DNA of 64,000 nucleotides, taken from the NCBI GenBank assembly GCA_051294375.1, contig JBJCIZ010000239.1, positions 4,717,834-4,781,833 on the forward strand, in the 5' to 3' direction. The stretch is from Paraspadella gotoi (Eukaryota; Animalia; Chaetognatha). The translations under genes and the position numbers were made by a program. The notes below the pieces were generated by a model, which searched no databases, was not told the DNA's origin, and saw nothing but the letters and a program-made list of their open reading frames with translations. This document shows, piece by piece, positions 11,601 through 22,980 of this stretch (positions are counted from its first letter, which is position 1; each line of letters opens with the position of its first letter).

Positions 11601-13139
11601 TTCAGTTTAACAGCGTAGGAAGAAAAAAAATATTATATCACGTAATATTAGTTACTGTTAATATGAAAATGGCGAAAATTACTTAGATTTATAGCGAATA
11701 TTTATTATTAAATCTTATTTTTTAAATTTTTCTTTCTTTGATTAAAATATATAATTAATTAATACTATTTATTTTTTTTTGGGATTGGGGTTAGTGTTGT
11801 CTTCTGGAAAAAGATACAACACTAAAGTCTCGCATTAATTTATGCTGTTAGTTTTCTACATATAATTTCGTACATTAATCATTCCTATTTGGCGATAAAA
11901 TTATTAACAGAGAAACTCTAATATCTCAAGAGCAGAACAAAAAACGGGGAATGCGGATACATTTTTTTATTATTTTGGATTAATTTACTTTAACTTTCTT
12001 ACTTTTACTCATGCTTACCATATTTAACCTTACCATAACGCTACCCCTCCTAAGTTTATTTATTTTACCTTATACTGTTTTTTTTACTTGGTAGGCGCTC
12101 TGTAGAGACTTCGTTAACTCTATACCCCTACCATTGATTGGGCTTTACACTTGGTATTCACATCAGGCGTCTCCCCTCCCACGCTCGCAAACAACCAGAT
12201 GAACTCAATACAGATACAGTGCGGTCAAGCTTCTCAGCCAAGGTCGTCAAACGAAGCGTATTAGCTAGGGCATCGTCGACTGCCATGCCACACAACTTCC
12301 AACACTAAATAATCGATCAATCATTCATTTCTTCTATCAGTGCTACTCACTTCTACGGCCGGCCTCACGCTTCCCCAGGGTGAATAACTTTCTGGAGCAT
12401 CGATCCCGCTTCTATGTTATCCATGCGTCATTAACTGAGTACTTTATCCGTGCCATCCTTGCGTTCAAAAAAACCTTAAAGACTGGAACTGATCCAAAAG
12501 GCTGGCGTGAACTTAGAGCAATGCCCTTGATTTACGTCACCCATTGGCATTTCGTCAATGTCTATAATATATACCTTTATTATTTATGTTATTATATCAA
12601 GTTTTATTATTTAACGAAAAAGAAAAAAAAAGAAAAAAGAGAAATAAATCGTTATATTTTTCGTCTATCCAGAATTGAGAAAACTCGGCGTCGAAAAAGA
12701 CGTTTCTCTCTCAGTTGTGTGGGTGTAGAGAAGAGAGAGAGACGATGAAGACGAGAGAGAGAGCAGAGGAGAGAGAGAAAGAGGACGCGAGAGCCAGAGA
12801 AGAAGAAGGATGAGATGAGAAGAGATGAGATAGGAGAGCGGGGACGAAGCGTCGCCGTGGAAAAACGGTAAAACAAGACGGGAGAGAGTCGGTGACACGG
12901 ACGTTGGCGCCGTTGGATCGCTAGTTTTGAAAACCAGATGGGGAGGAGAGATGAGACGCGACAGAGCAGGTGAGGGGAAGAGAGAGAAGGGGCGAGAATG
13001 AGCGGGCAGGGGGAGAGAGAACTGGAGATGNNNNNNNNNNNNNNNNNNNNNNNNNGAGATAGAGAATAAACGAGGAAAGTCTAAATCGGTGAAACCGCAA
13101 TTTAAATTCCCTCGAATCGCGAAGTCGATGCCAAGTTAC

Positions 13140-13827
13140 CGCTTAAAATCGGAATCGGGATAAATTCCATCCGGGATTTGGCCATTTAAAGATTGGCCAT
13201 TTAAGATTGGCCATTTAAGATTTGCTATTTGGGTATTTTTCATTTCGAACTTGACATTTTAATTTGTCACGGAGTTTTTTTCGATTTCGATTCGCTCATA
13301 TATAAAATAGTCAATTGAATTTGTCATCCGAATGAGCTTTTTTCGAAGGATTTTCCGTCTGGATTTCGCTTCCAAATGACTCCTCAATCGTGATTTATAA
13401 ATGGGCGAGGGGCGTACATCTCTCGATCCTAATTCGAAACCGTTGCGTCGCTTCTGTCGTTCATCGTAACTTTATTTCAAATGTCAAATACGTGGCAGAA
13501 TGTCGTTTTTTATTTGATTCCGTGAGTTATTTTACATATATCACTTCCGGTTATATAACGTCAGTAGTTCTGGTTTCAACGTCATAATTTTCAGTTATGA
13601 CATAATTACTGCCGGTTGTAACGTCATAACTTTTAGTTATAGCGTCAGAACATTCTTAACAATCTTGAGATATTTGAACTTGGCATCGTATCCCAGTTTC
13701 AGAAATGTCTTTTTTTTGCCATGTCGTGCTTGTCCCGCTCGTCCCCCACTTGTCCTGCCTCCATTGCCCTTTTTTTCTGGCTTCACCCTCAACCGAAAAT
13801 TGTGAAGGAGTCATTTCTTTCTTTTCT
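13140..13827 (-). CDS. Candidate coding exon (stem region) of a minus-strand gene; mirrored at ~39521-40217 plus
   Basis: Acceptor ctctgtctccctcttttag. Consensus of both copies reads EKKExILHNF.VEGEARKKAMEAGQVGDERDKHDMAKKDILKLGYDAKFKYLK; later segments read YDVTTGSNYVITENYDVETR and ELRSHLEAKSRRKILRKKL. Possible donor aagcg|gtaact. Indel correction is required. Confidence 0.4.
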
Positions 13828-13934
13828 CTAAAAGAGGGAGACAGAGTCATCGTCTCTGTTGTCCTATGTACGTCATCGACGACTGTTACCTGGCAACGGA
13901 CGAGTATGTTTCTCTCTGTCTCTCTCTCTGTCTC

Positions 13935-14022
<88 letters not shown>
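13935..14022. repeat. (TTTC)n microsatellite
   Basis: Perfect tetranucleotide array. Confidence 0.95.
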
Positions 14023-15199
14023 ACTCTCTCTCCCTCTCTCTCCTTCTCTATCTCTCTTTCTCCTTCTCTCTCTCCCTCTCTCCTTCTCTCTCCTCGCTGC
14101 TCTCGTCTAGTCTCTATATTTCTCTTCTCTCTGTTCTTTCGGTCCCTAATCTCTGCCCTCCCTCCTTGGCCACCGACTCTCTGCTCTGCTCTCTCTCCTC
14201 TCTCTTCTCTTCTCTTGCTCCTCTCGTCTCTCTCTCCTCTCTTTCTCTCTCTCTCGGTCTCTCCTTCGACCGGTGCGAAAGTTAAATGTGTGCGGCGTGG
14301 CTGTCCTTCTCTCACGTTAGAACACCTGAGTTTTCTCGGCGCCGTGTCGACGTCAGCAAAATGAGCGTACAGTGTTCACGAAATGACGACCGGCAGTGGT
14401 CAGCAAAGAGGTAGCGGCAAGGATGTCACTGAATGACATAGAGAATAACAATTGTGACGAGAGAGGGACGATAGTGGTTCTGGCGTGGTGAACGATATGG
14501 AGGTAAAAACTTGAAAATTTTGTATAGCAAAATAAAAAAAAAAAATTGCAGAACAAATGTTAAGGAGTGGATGAGAAATCTCTATCTTCGTCTCTCTGCT
14601 CTTCTCTCTCTGTCTCACCACGGCGACGGCAGAGTCGATCCGATGAGCTGAGCGGGCAAACTGTACTGTTCGTTTTCTCTCTCGTTCTTATCCCCTCGTC
14701 ACCGCGAGTCTCTTCGTCTCGTGGCCTGCCGAGCGGGATCGATCAGTGGGTGTTCGGGCGGCGGATCCGGGAGTCTTTTTTCTTAAAGAAAATTGTATTT
14801 GAGATAGGCAGTGAGTTTTTATACGGGTATGTTTCAACAGAATGCAAATTGGGAACGTTAGTAACTATTAGTTTCCCTTTTTTCCCGCCCTCCCCTGGGA
14901 AAGAAAAAATAAAGAATAAATTTAAGTCGAAAAGAAAACCACTTTTTTTTCCCCCGTTTTTTAAAGTTTTTTTATAAATTATAAATTCCCCTTGTTTGTA
15001 TCTTGCTCCTTATAGTGACATGGATCGTCACTGGGGTGAATTTTCTATGTTTTTCAAAATACGGTAGAGACTGATTTCTTTTTTGATGACAATTCATTCT
15101 TATGTAGCGGTATCGCGCTTAATTAAGGATGAGAACTAAAAATATTGTTTTCGATGGCAAGAGCAACTTGTTAGAGATACAAATGCTCGTAAGATCTGT

Positions 15200-17300
15200 T
15201 GTGCGTATTTTAGATGATCGCTAGCTGGGCTTTTGGCAAAAAAAAATGGCACGGCTAGTAGTTATGAAAATTGTTGTTTCTTTTGTTTTTCACCAAACGT
15301 CTTGTTATTATTTTTCTTTCTGGTTCTGCGACTTTTTTTTTCGACACTCTCGTCTTTCTCTCTTTTACGGATAACTATCTCTAAATATGTTCGAGAGAAT
15401 CCAGCTTGCGTCTAGCCTTTTTCGCCGGTTATGCGCTTTTGTTCCTTTGTTACTTGGACACGAAGAAGTGGCTTCCATTCTGGTGCGGAATGGACACGGA
15501 CAGTCTGTTAGGCCTTCTCTTTGTTTATGACTTAAGTGGGCAGAATTTCCTGGAAGGCAGTGTAGCAGCTGGATGCTGATGGTGGCGGCCGTATTTCGAT
15601 GAGATTTCGATTAGGAGGATTGTAATGCGAATTCGTGGCTCACTGTGTGGCAAGTGCTTCAGCATCGTCAGAAGTTGGGTCAACTGGGTTTTAGTTCTTT
15701 CAGAGCAGTAGAAACTGCTGCGTACAGGATATCTCGAATCGTTATTTTTTTGTGGTGGAGTCGCTGGGTTTGGTGGAGGCTTTTCTAATGAAGAGGAAGC
15801 ATCCGGTCTTTTTTGTTAGAGTATTGGGCGCTGTTCAGGAGAAACAGTAACGGAAAGAAGTCTTTAAATTTATAGGTATAGTTGTGCTGGAGTGTTGTAG
15901 CTAAAATGTTTTGTTATTGGCCTGTGCGCCAGGGACTTCGTTAACTAGCGAAGTCAGACTGCACAACTCTAGCATGTGTGTCAAGTCCTGGGCTTTAGAC
16001 AATCGTGCATTTCGGCCTTAGCCCGACGTCGTCTACTGAGAGGACTGTGTGTCGTCAGCATCTCCAGGGCGTGCTGGGAATCGCGGCGCCAATCGATCTC
16101 TTCGTGGCGCCATTTTATACCGCGATTTTTCATTTGGTCTTCAAATGCGCAGAATTAGTCCAGTTCAGTTAGAGAATGTCAAGACGCCACTTCTCGCGAA
16201 GCTTGTAGTCAAGCGCAGCTGCTCTTTCTGCTCTGACGTTTTCTGCGGCGCTGTTCTCCTGAACGTTTACTACGCGGCGTCATTATTTTTCCTGTTGTCA
16301 TCGCTTTCCTTTCTTCTCTAGCTTTTTCCGCTACGCACGCTACTTCCTATTAGACAGTAGCAAAATTGATATTGATTGCTTGATTGAGAAAATGGCAGCA
16401 GATGGATTGTTCCAATTGAATCCGTAGTTCCGCAGCCCATTGCCGACTTTGTCGTTAGAAGCCTAAAGATTGTTATGCATTCTGTGTATATAGTTGTTGG
16501 GCGAACATTGGAGGAAAAGTTGTGTGTTGTTTTTGTTCTAAAGTGTCGGCGCCGAGTCAGAAATCTCGTGCCATGAGTATTGTGATTGTGTCATTGCTGA
16601 GCTGGTAAGAAAAGGTGTTGTGTATTTTCTATGCCTGCAGAGGGTAAATAGAGTGAATAAATTTATTCTTGAGTTTTGTTGAAAGATATCTTGCGCAATG
16701 TCAGTTTTATGGTCAAGTTTTCGGCGGCAGTCGTTCTCCGCCTCAATTTTCAGAGAGATGTTGTTTCCATGCGTAGTTAGTTTTCGCTTGGAAATCTCAA
16801 CAAAAAACTGTTTCGGCCCGAGAGAAAGCGCTGTATTTAGGAATAGATTTCGGTGTTCAATAAAGACTGGCATCTAATTTTAATGCGCGGACTTTCTTGC
16901 TGGAAAACCTTAAGTTGATCAGTTCGTCCTGGTGATGCAACACGAACGTTGGTCTCCGCGGCCGTGAGAGACAAATAAAAGAAGATCTGTCGCACTTATT
17001 GAAAGAAAGAACGTTAAGGTCGCCAGGATTTTGAAAACATCTTTCTTGGTTTGAGAGTGCAAACGCCAAAAGTTTTCCAAGAGAACTTGATAGGAATATT
17101 AACTATATGAAAGCTTTTCAGAGATTGTCCAAAGCGCTTCAATCGAAAGATTTTCTTTTTTTGTTAAAAAACTGTTTTTATGAGACAATTGTATGCTAAT
17201 TGTATTTTGGCTTGATGAAGCAACTAACGGTGACGAAAGAAGGCGCAATGGTAAAGTTTGTTTAAAGGAAAAGAGTCATGTCACCATTTGTGAGACAGAA
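15200..17300 (-). mobile_element. Non-LTR retrotransposon ORF2 remnant (APE endonuclease plus RT), L1/Tx1-like
   Basis: Minus-strand motifs: ILGDLNV (~17010-17030), PTF......LINL.FSS (~16900-16955), EHRNL (SDH-like, ~16850), APGD (~16065), DAE.A..TVSHEF (~15629-15668), G..Q.CP (~15500-15515) and MEPLLR (~15458-15480). Spacing from GDxN to DAEKAFD is ~1.36 kb (~450 aa), as in L1-type ORF2. The segment is absent from the mirrored arm. Confidence 0.62.
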
Positions 17301-17714
17301 AATCCGGCAATCTGATGTTGTAAGTGATTTACGACAAGCGAGGCCCAGTTTTGTGTTTGGCCTTATCTAGTGAGTAATGACTAATTAGTGTCTGTAAGCT
17401 GCATAATGGAAGGAGCTAAATCTGTTTCCTGCCAAAAAGTGGTGAGACGTTGGAACTTTTCGGACGTTGGTTTGGTGGAGAGAGAGGAGGAGAGAGAGAG
17501 AGAGAGAGAGAAGAGAGAGAGGGGAGAGAGGAGAGAGAGAGAGAAGGAGAGAGGAGGAGACGGAAAAATCTGGTAGGACTGGGAAAAAAGATAATAGTGA
17601 CATAAGATGATATAGATTTAGTAAAATATCTGGTATGGGAAGATAGGTTTAAATGGCAAAATTAGGGATATGTTGAGATAATAGTAAATATTCGCATTGC
17701 TTTAAAGAATCGCA

Positions 17715-20700
17715 GAAGAAATCTCACCATGATTCCGGACGATAACAGAAAAAACAACAACAACAAGCAACAACAACGAGGACGAACGACGGTATTGTAC
17801 TGGCTACAGCGGGAAGTTCACGTGGAGCATCTTCGGTCGACGGAAGAGGATTACAAATGACGGAAATGGCGAGGATGGTAAATGCATTTTGACGGACGAC
17901 GACGACGAGCGCGGACTAGCGACGACGACGAATACAACGACGACGACGGACTGACGAATAAGAAGACGCCGGCGACGGAACGACGACGGACGGATGACGA
18001 CGACGACGAGCGACATTTGACCGAGGTGGCTCAAGAGTGACCGGGTGTTAATCTGAGGTCGTTCGTGCGGTCGTCGTCGTCGTCGTCGTGCGCGTCGTCG
18101 TCGGTCGTCCGTCGTCGGTCGTCGTCGTTGTCGGGTCGGTCGCCGTCGTGGCGTCGTCGTCGTCGTGCGTCGTCCTTCAGTAGACAGAATGGTAAGAATC
18201 TTTTATGCTTTATCGTCGTCATAGTTGTGTCGAGGTCATGGTCGTCAATTCTGGCCAATCTTCGTCGTCGTCGTTGGTTTTGTTGGTCGTAGTTGTTGTT
18301 TTTCGTCGTCCTCTTCGGTCCGTGCGGTTGTTGTTGGGTTGTCGGTCGTTCGTTGGTTCGATTTATGTTTTCATTAGTGCGAAGAAATTAGATGCGTTGC
18401 GTGGACAACGGAAGTGGGACAACGGATAACGATAACGACGAACGGATGCGTCGAACAAAAACATGTCATGTAATATTCAAACATAACAATAATGATAATG
18501 TGATAGAGTTTTGAACACGTATGATGATGCTTACAGGGTTTAATTTCTGAGCGCAAAAAAATAGGTAATTTCGAAAATTTTGCGGTGATGTTTTTTTTCA
18601 ACGTTGCAAAAAAAAAAAAAAGAGAGGAATAAAATTTTAAAAAAAGTTAATTATTCATTTTTAATAACTTTTTTCTCTTCACGATTTTAGCGAAAAATGA
18701 GATAAAAATGTAAAAGAATTAAGGAACGAAATTTTTACGGTGGAGGGAAATGCTTTCTTCGTTTTCTTCTTTCGTGTCTTTCTTTCTTTCTCTCTTTCTT
18801 TTTTTTATTCTTTCTTTTTTCCTTCACTCTTTGTGCCTTTTCCTTGTCTGTTGCTTGTTCTTTCTTGTCCTTTCTTCTTTCTTACTCCTTTCCTCTCTTG
18901 TCTCCTTCGTCGTCTCTCTTCTCTCTCGTCTCGTCTCTCTCTCTCTCTCGATTCTCTCGTCTCTCTCTTATAGGCCTATTTCCATATCGCTTATCTCTCT
19001 GCCCATTCCCTAATTCCTCATCAATGGGTCGAAGGAGATGATTGAGTAAAATTGGTCCCCGTCTTTCACTCCCTGTCCTCTCTCTATCTTGTATCTCTCT
19101 CTCTCTCTTTCTCTTGGTCTCTCCGCCTCGCTGGGCTCGAGTCGCTGTGTCATCTGTCTTCATTTTTTTCGAATTGATGAAGTGGAATAAAAGTTGCCTC
19201 TCTCTCTCTCTCCACATCTCTCTCTCTTCTTCTCTCGTGCTCTCCGGGTGCTCTCGTCGTCTCTCGTCAGGTCGTCGCTGCTCTCTCTCTCCCTCTCTCT
19301 CACTCGAGGTTTTAGATTATCTTGGGATAGAGTTGATTATTTTTTCTTTTCTACTTTCTCTTTGCCGCGCCTTTGTATTTTTCTCTCTTTGTCCCTTTCC
19401 TTTTTTTCTCTCTGCGTCTCCTGCTCTTCGGCTCCTCTCTCTGCAGGTCCGGGCTTCTTCAGTCGCGTCCTCATCTCTCAGTCGTTCGTCTCCGTCTCGA
19501 TTTCTCTCTCTCTCTCGTCTCTCTCCCATCGGCGTGAGGCCTGTTATCATGAGAACTTTTAACGGGCCGTGGTGATTTTTTGTTTGGTTAAAAGAAATAG
19601 AGGGACTTTTCTTTTTTTGTTTAAAGACCGAAAGGGTTTTGTGTCTGGTTGCTGAAATTCTTTCTAGAAACTGAACAACAAAGTAAGTTGCAGCAGGGAC
19701 TTGCTTCTGCAGCAAACGCGCAGGGAGGCTTCAATTGTTACTGCAAGCAATAGGCACAAACCGAGATCAAACGAGGGCAGAAGGAAAACTTGTTTTTTTT
19801 TTGGGGCAGAAAATTGCAGCATCAGCAGCAGTTCGACTGTATTGCAGCAGGAACCATAAAAAGCAACGTCTGAGAAGAAATGGATGTTGATCTGGCTGTG
19901 ATGGGCTTTAAAGCCACCAGAGCGCCTGTGAGAAGTCAGGGGGGAAAGGCAAGATAGTGCTGTAGTTAAATATTAAGACTGATTTAANNNNNNNNNNNNN
20001 NNNNNNNNNNNNGTGTCACAAAGAGACGGCAGATGTCACTGAATGACATAAGAATTAACAATTGTCACGAGATAGGGACATAGTGGTTCTGCTGTAACGA
20101 TATGAGTAAAAACTTTGAAAATTTTATAGCAAAATAAAAAAAAATTGGCAGAACAAATTTTNNNNNNNNNNNNNNNNNNNNNNNNNNNNNNNNNNNNNNN
20201 NNNNNNNNNNNNNNNNNNNNNNNNNNNNNNNNNNNNNNNNNNNNNNNNNNNNNNNNNNNNNNNNNNNNNNNNNNNNNNNNNNNNNNNNNNNNNNNNNNNN
20301 NNNNNNNNNNNNNNNNNNNNNNNNNNNNNNNNNNNNNNNNNNNNNNNNNNNNNNNNNNNNNNNNNNNNNNNNNNNNNNNNNNNNNNNNNNNNNNNNNNNN
20401 NNNNNNNNNNNNNNNNNNNNNNNNNNNNNNNNNNNNNNNNNNNNNNNNNNNNNNNNNNNNNNNNNNNNNNNNNNNNNNNNNNNNNNNNNNNNNNNNNNNN
20501 NNNNNNNNNNNNNNNNNNNNNNNNNNNNNNNNNNNNNNNNNNNNNNNNNNNNNNNNNNNNNNNNNNNNNNNNNNNNNNNNNNNNNNNNNNNNNNNNNNNN
20601 NNNNNNNNNNNNNNNNNNNNNNNNNNNNNNNNNNNNNNNNNNNNNNNNNNNNNNNNNNNNNNNNNNNNNNNNNNNNNNNNNNNNNNNNNNNNNNNNNNNN

Positions 20701-21329
20701 NNNNNNNNNNNNNNNNNNNNNNNNNNNNNNNNNNNNNNNNNNNNNNNNNNNNNNNNNNNNNNNNNNNNNNNNNNNNNNNNNNNNNNNNNNNNNNNNNNNN
20801 NNNNNNNNNNNNNNNNNNNNNNNNNNNNNNNNNNNNNNNNNNNNNNNNNNNNNNNNNNNNNNNNNNNNNNNNNNNNNNNNNNNNNNNNNNNNNNNNNNNN
20901 NNNNNNNNNNNNNNNNNNNNNNNNNNNNNNNNNNNNNNNNNNNNNNNNNNNNNNNNNNNNNNNNNNNNNNNNNNNNNNNNNNNNNNNNNNNNNNNNNNNN
21001 NNNNNNNNNNNNNNNNNNNNNNNNNNNNNNNNTGCAAAGAAATCTCACCCATAGATCTCCGGACGATAACAGAAAAAACAACAACAACAACAACAACAAC
21101 GAGGACGACGACTATTTACTGGCACACGGGAAATTCACGTGGAGCATCTTCTCGACGGAAGAGGATTACAAATGACGAATGGCAGATGGTAAATGGCATT
21201 TTGACGACGACGACGACGACGACGACGACGANNNNNNNNNNNNNNNNNNNNNNNNNNNNNNNNNNNNNNNNNNNNNNNNNNNNNNNNNNNNNNNNNNNNN
21301 NNNNNNNNNNNNNNNNNNNNNNNNNNNNN

Positions 21330-21360
<31 letters not shown>

Positions 21361-22104
21361 TTCCTTATGACAGAATGTAAGAATCTTTATCCTTATCGTC
21401 GTCATATTTGTCGAGGTCATGGTCGTCATTCTGGCCATCTTCGTCGTCGTCGTTGTTGTTGTTGTCGTAGTTGTTGTTTTCGTCGTCCTCGTCGTCGTCG
21501 TTGTTGTTGTTGTCGTCGTTCGTTTCGATTTATTTTTCATTAGTCGAAAATTAATCGTTGCTGACAACAATGACAACGATAACGACAACGACGTCAACAA
21601 AAACATGTCATGTAATATTCAACATAACAATAATGATAATTATAAGTTTTGACACGTATAATCTTACAGGTTTAATTTCTGCACGCAAAAAAAATAAATT
21701 TCGAATATTTTGCGTCTTTTTTTTTTCAACGTTCAATAAAAAAAAGAGAGAATAAAAATTTTTAAAAAAATTAATTATTCATTTTTAATTAACTTTTTTC
21801 TCTTGAACGATTTTAGCGAAAAATAAAAAAAAGTAAAAAATTAAGGAACAAATTTTAACGGTGGAGGAAATCTTTCTTTCTTTCTTTCTTNNNNNNNNNN
21901 NNNNNNNNNNNNNNNNNNNNNNNNNNNNNNNNNNNNNNNNNNNNNNNNNNNNNNNNNNNNNNNNNNNNNNNNNNNNNNNNNNNNNNNNNNNNNNNNNNNN
22001 NNNNNNNNNNNNNNNNNNNNNNNNNNNNNNNNNNNNNNNNNNNNNNNNNNNNNNNNNNNNNNNNNNNNNNNNNNNNNNNNNNNNNNNNNNNNNNNNNNNN
22101 NNNN

Positions 22105-22141
<37 letters not shown>

Positions 22142-22980
22142 ACCTATTTCCATATCGCTTCTCTCTTCCCATTTCCCTAATTCCTTCATCAAGGTCGAAG
22201 GAGATATTGATAAAATTGTCCCCTCTTTCACTCCCTCTCTCTCTATCTCTGTATCTCTCTCTCTCTCTTTCTCTTTCTCTCCCCTCCTGGGTCGATCCTT
22301 TCATCTTCCTTCATTTTTTTTCATTGATAATGAATAAAATTCCTCTCTCTCTCTCTCTCTNNNNNNNNNNNNNNNNNNNNNNNNNNNNNNNNNNNNNNNN
22401 NNNNNNNNNNNNNNNNNNNNNNNNNNNNNNNNNNNNNNNNNNNNNNNNNNNNNNNNNNNNNNNNNNNNNNNNNNNNNNNNNNNNNNNNNNNNNNNNNNNN
22501 NNNNNNNNNNNNNNNNNNNNNNNNNNNNNNNNNNNNNNNNNNNNNNNNNNNNNNNNNNNNNNNNNNNNNNNNNNNNNNNNNNNNNNNNNNNNNNNNNNNN
22601 NNNNNNNNNNNNNNNNNNNNNNNNNCCCCATCGGCTGAGGCCTTTATCATAAACTTTACGGGCCGTTGATTTTTTTGTTAAAGAGAAATGAGCTTTTCTT
22701 TTTTTTTGTTTAAAGACCGAAAGGTTTTTCTTTCTAGAAACTGAAACAACAGTAAGTTCAGCAGGACCTTGCCTTTCCTGCAGCAACCGCAGGAGCTCAT
22801 TGTTACTGCAGCAACCGAATCAACAGCAGAAACTTTTTTGGGGCAAAAATTGCAGCATCAGCAGCAGTTCGACTGTACTTGCAGCAACATAAAGAGCAAC
22901 TGAAAATTATTTATCTGTGATGGAGGCTTTAAACCACCAGAGCCTGTCCAAAGTCAGGGGCAAGATAGCTTATTAATTAA
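17715..22980. repeat. Tandem duplication, noisy copy plus gapped clean copy
   Basis: 17715-19985 corresponds to 21035-22980; also 14390-14540 = 20013-20160 and 22900-23900 ~ 24170-25800. Confidence 0.9.

Larger units (their letters stand above)
8200..12660. repeat. Three tandem copies of one block
   Basis: The block starting gcttaaaacg.ttatagcctctaacgg begins at ~8907, 10391 and 11341; copies are interleaved with N-gaps. Confidence 0.9.

Noticed and set aside
13670-13730. Raf C1-like or caspase-like reading KTFLKLGYD
   Set aside because: Depends on the choice of indel; required Cys/His residues and neighbouring motifs are absent.
14630-14670. Hammerhead ribozyme-like ccgatgag...gcaaac (also ctgatga at ~45654, 58864, 62346)
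   Set aside because: Core mismatches and no supporting stems.
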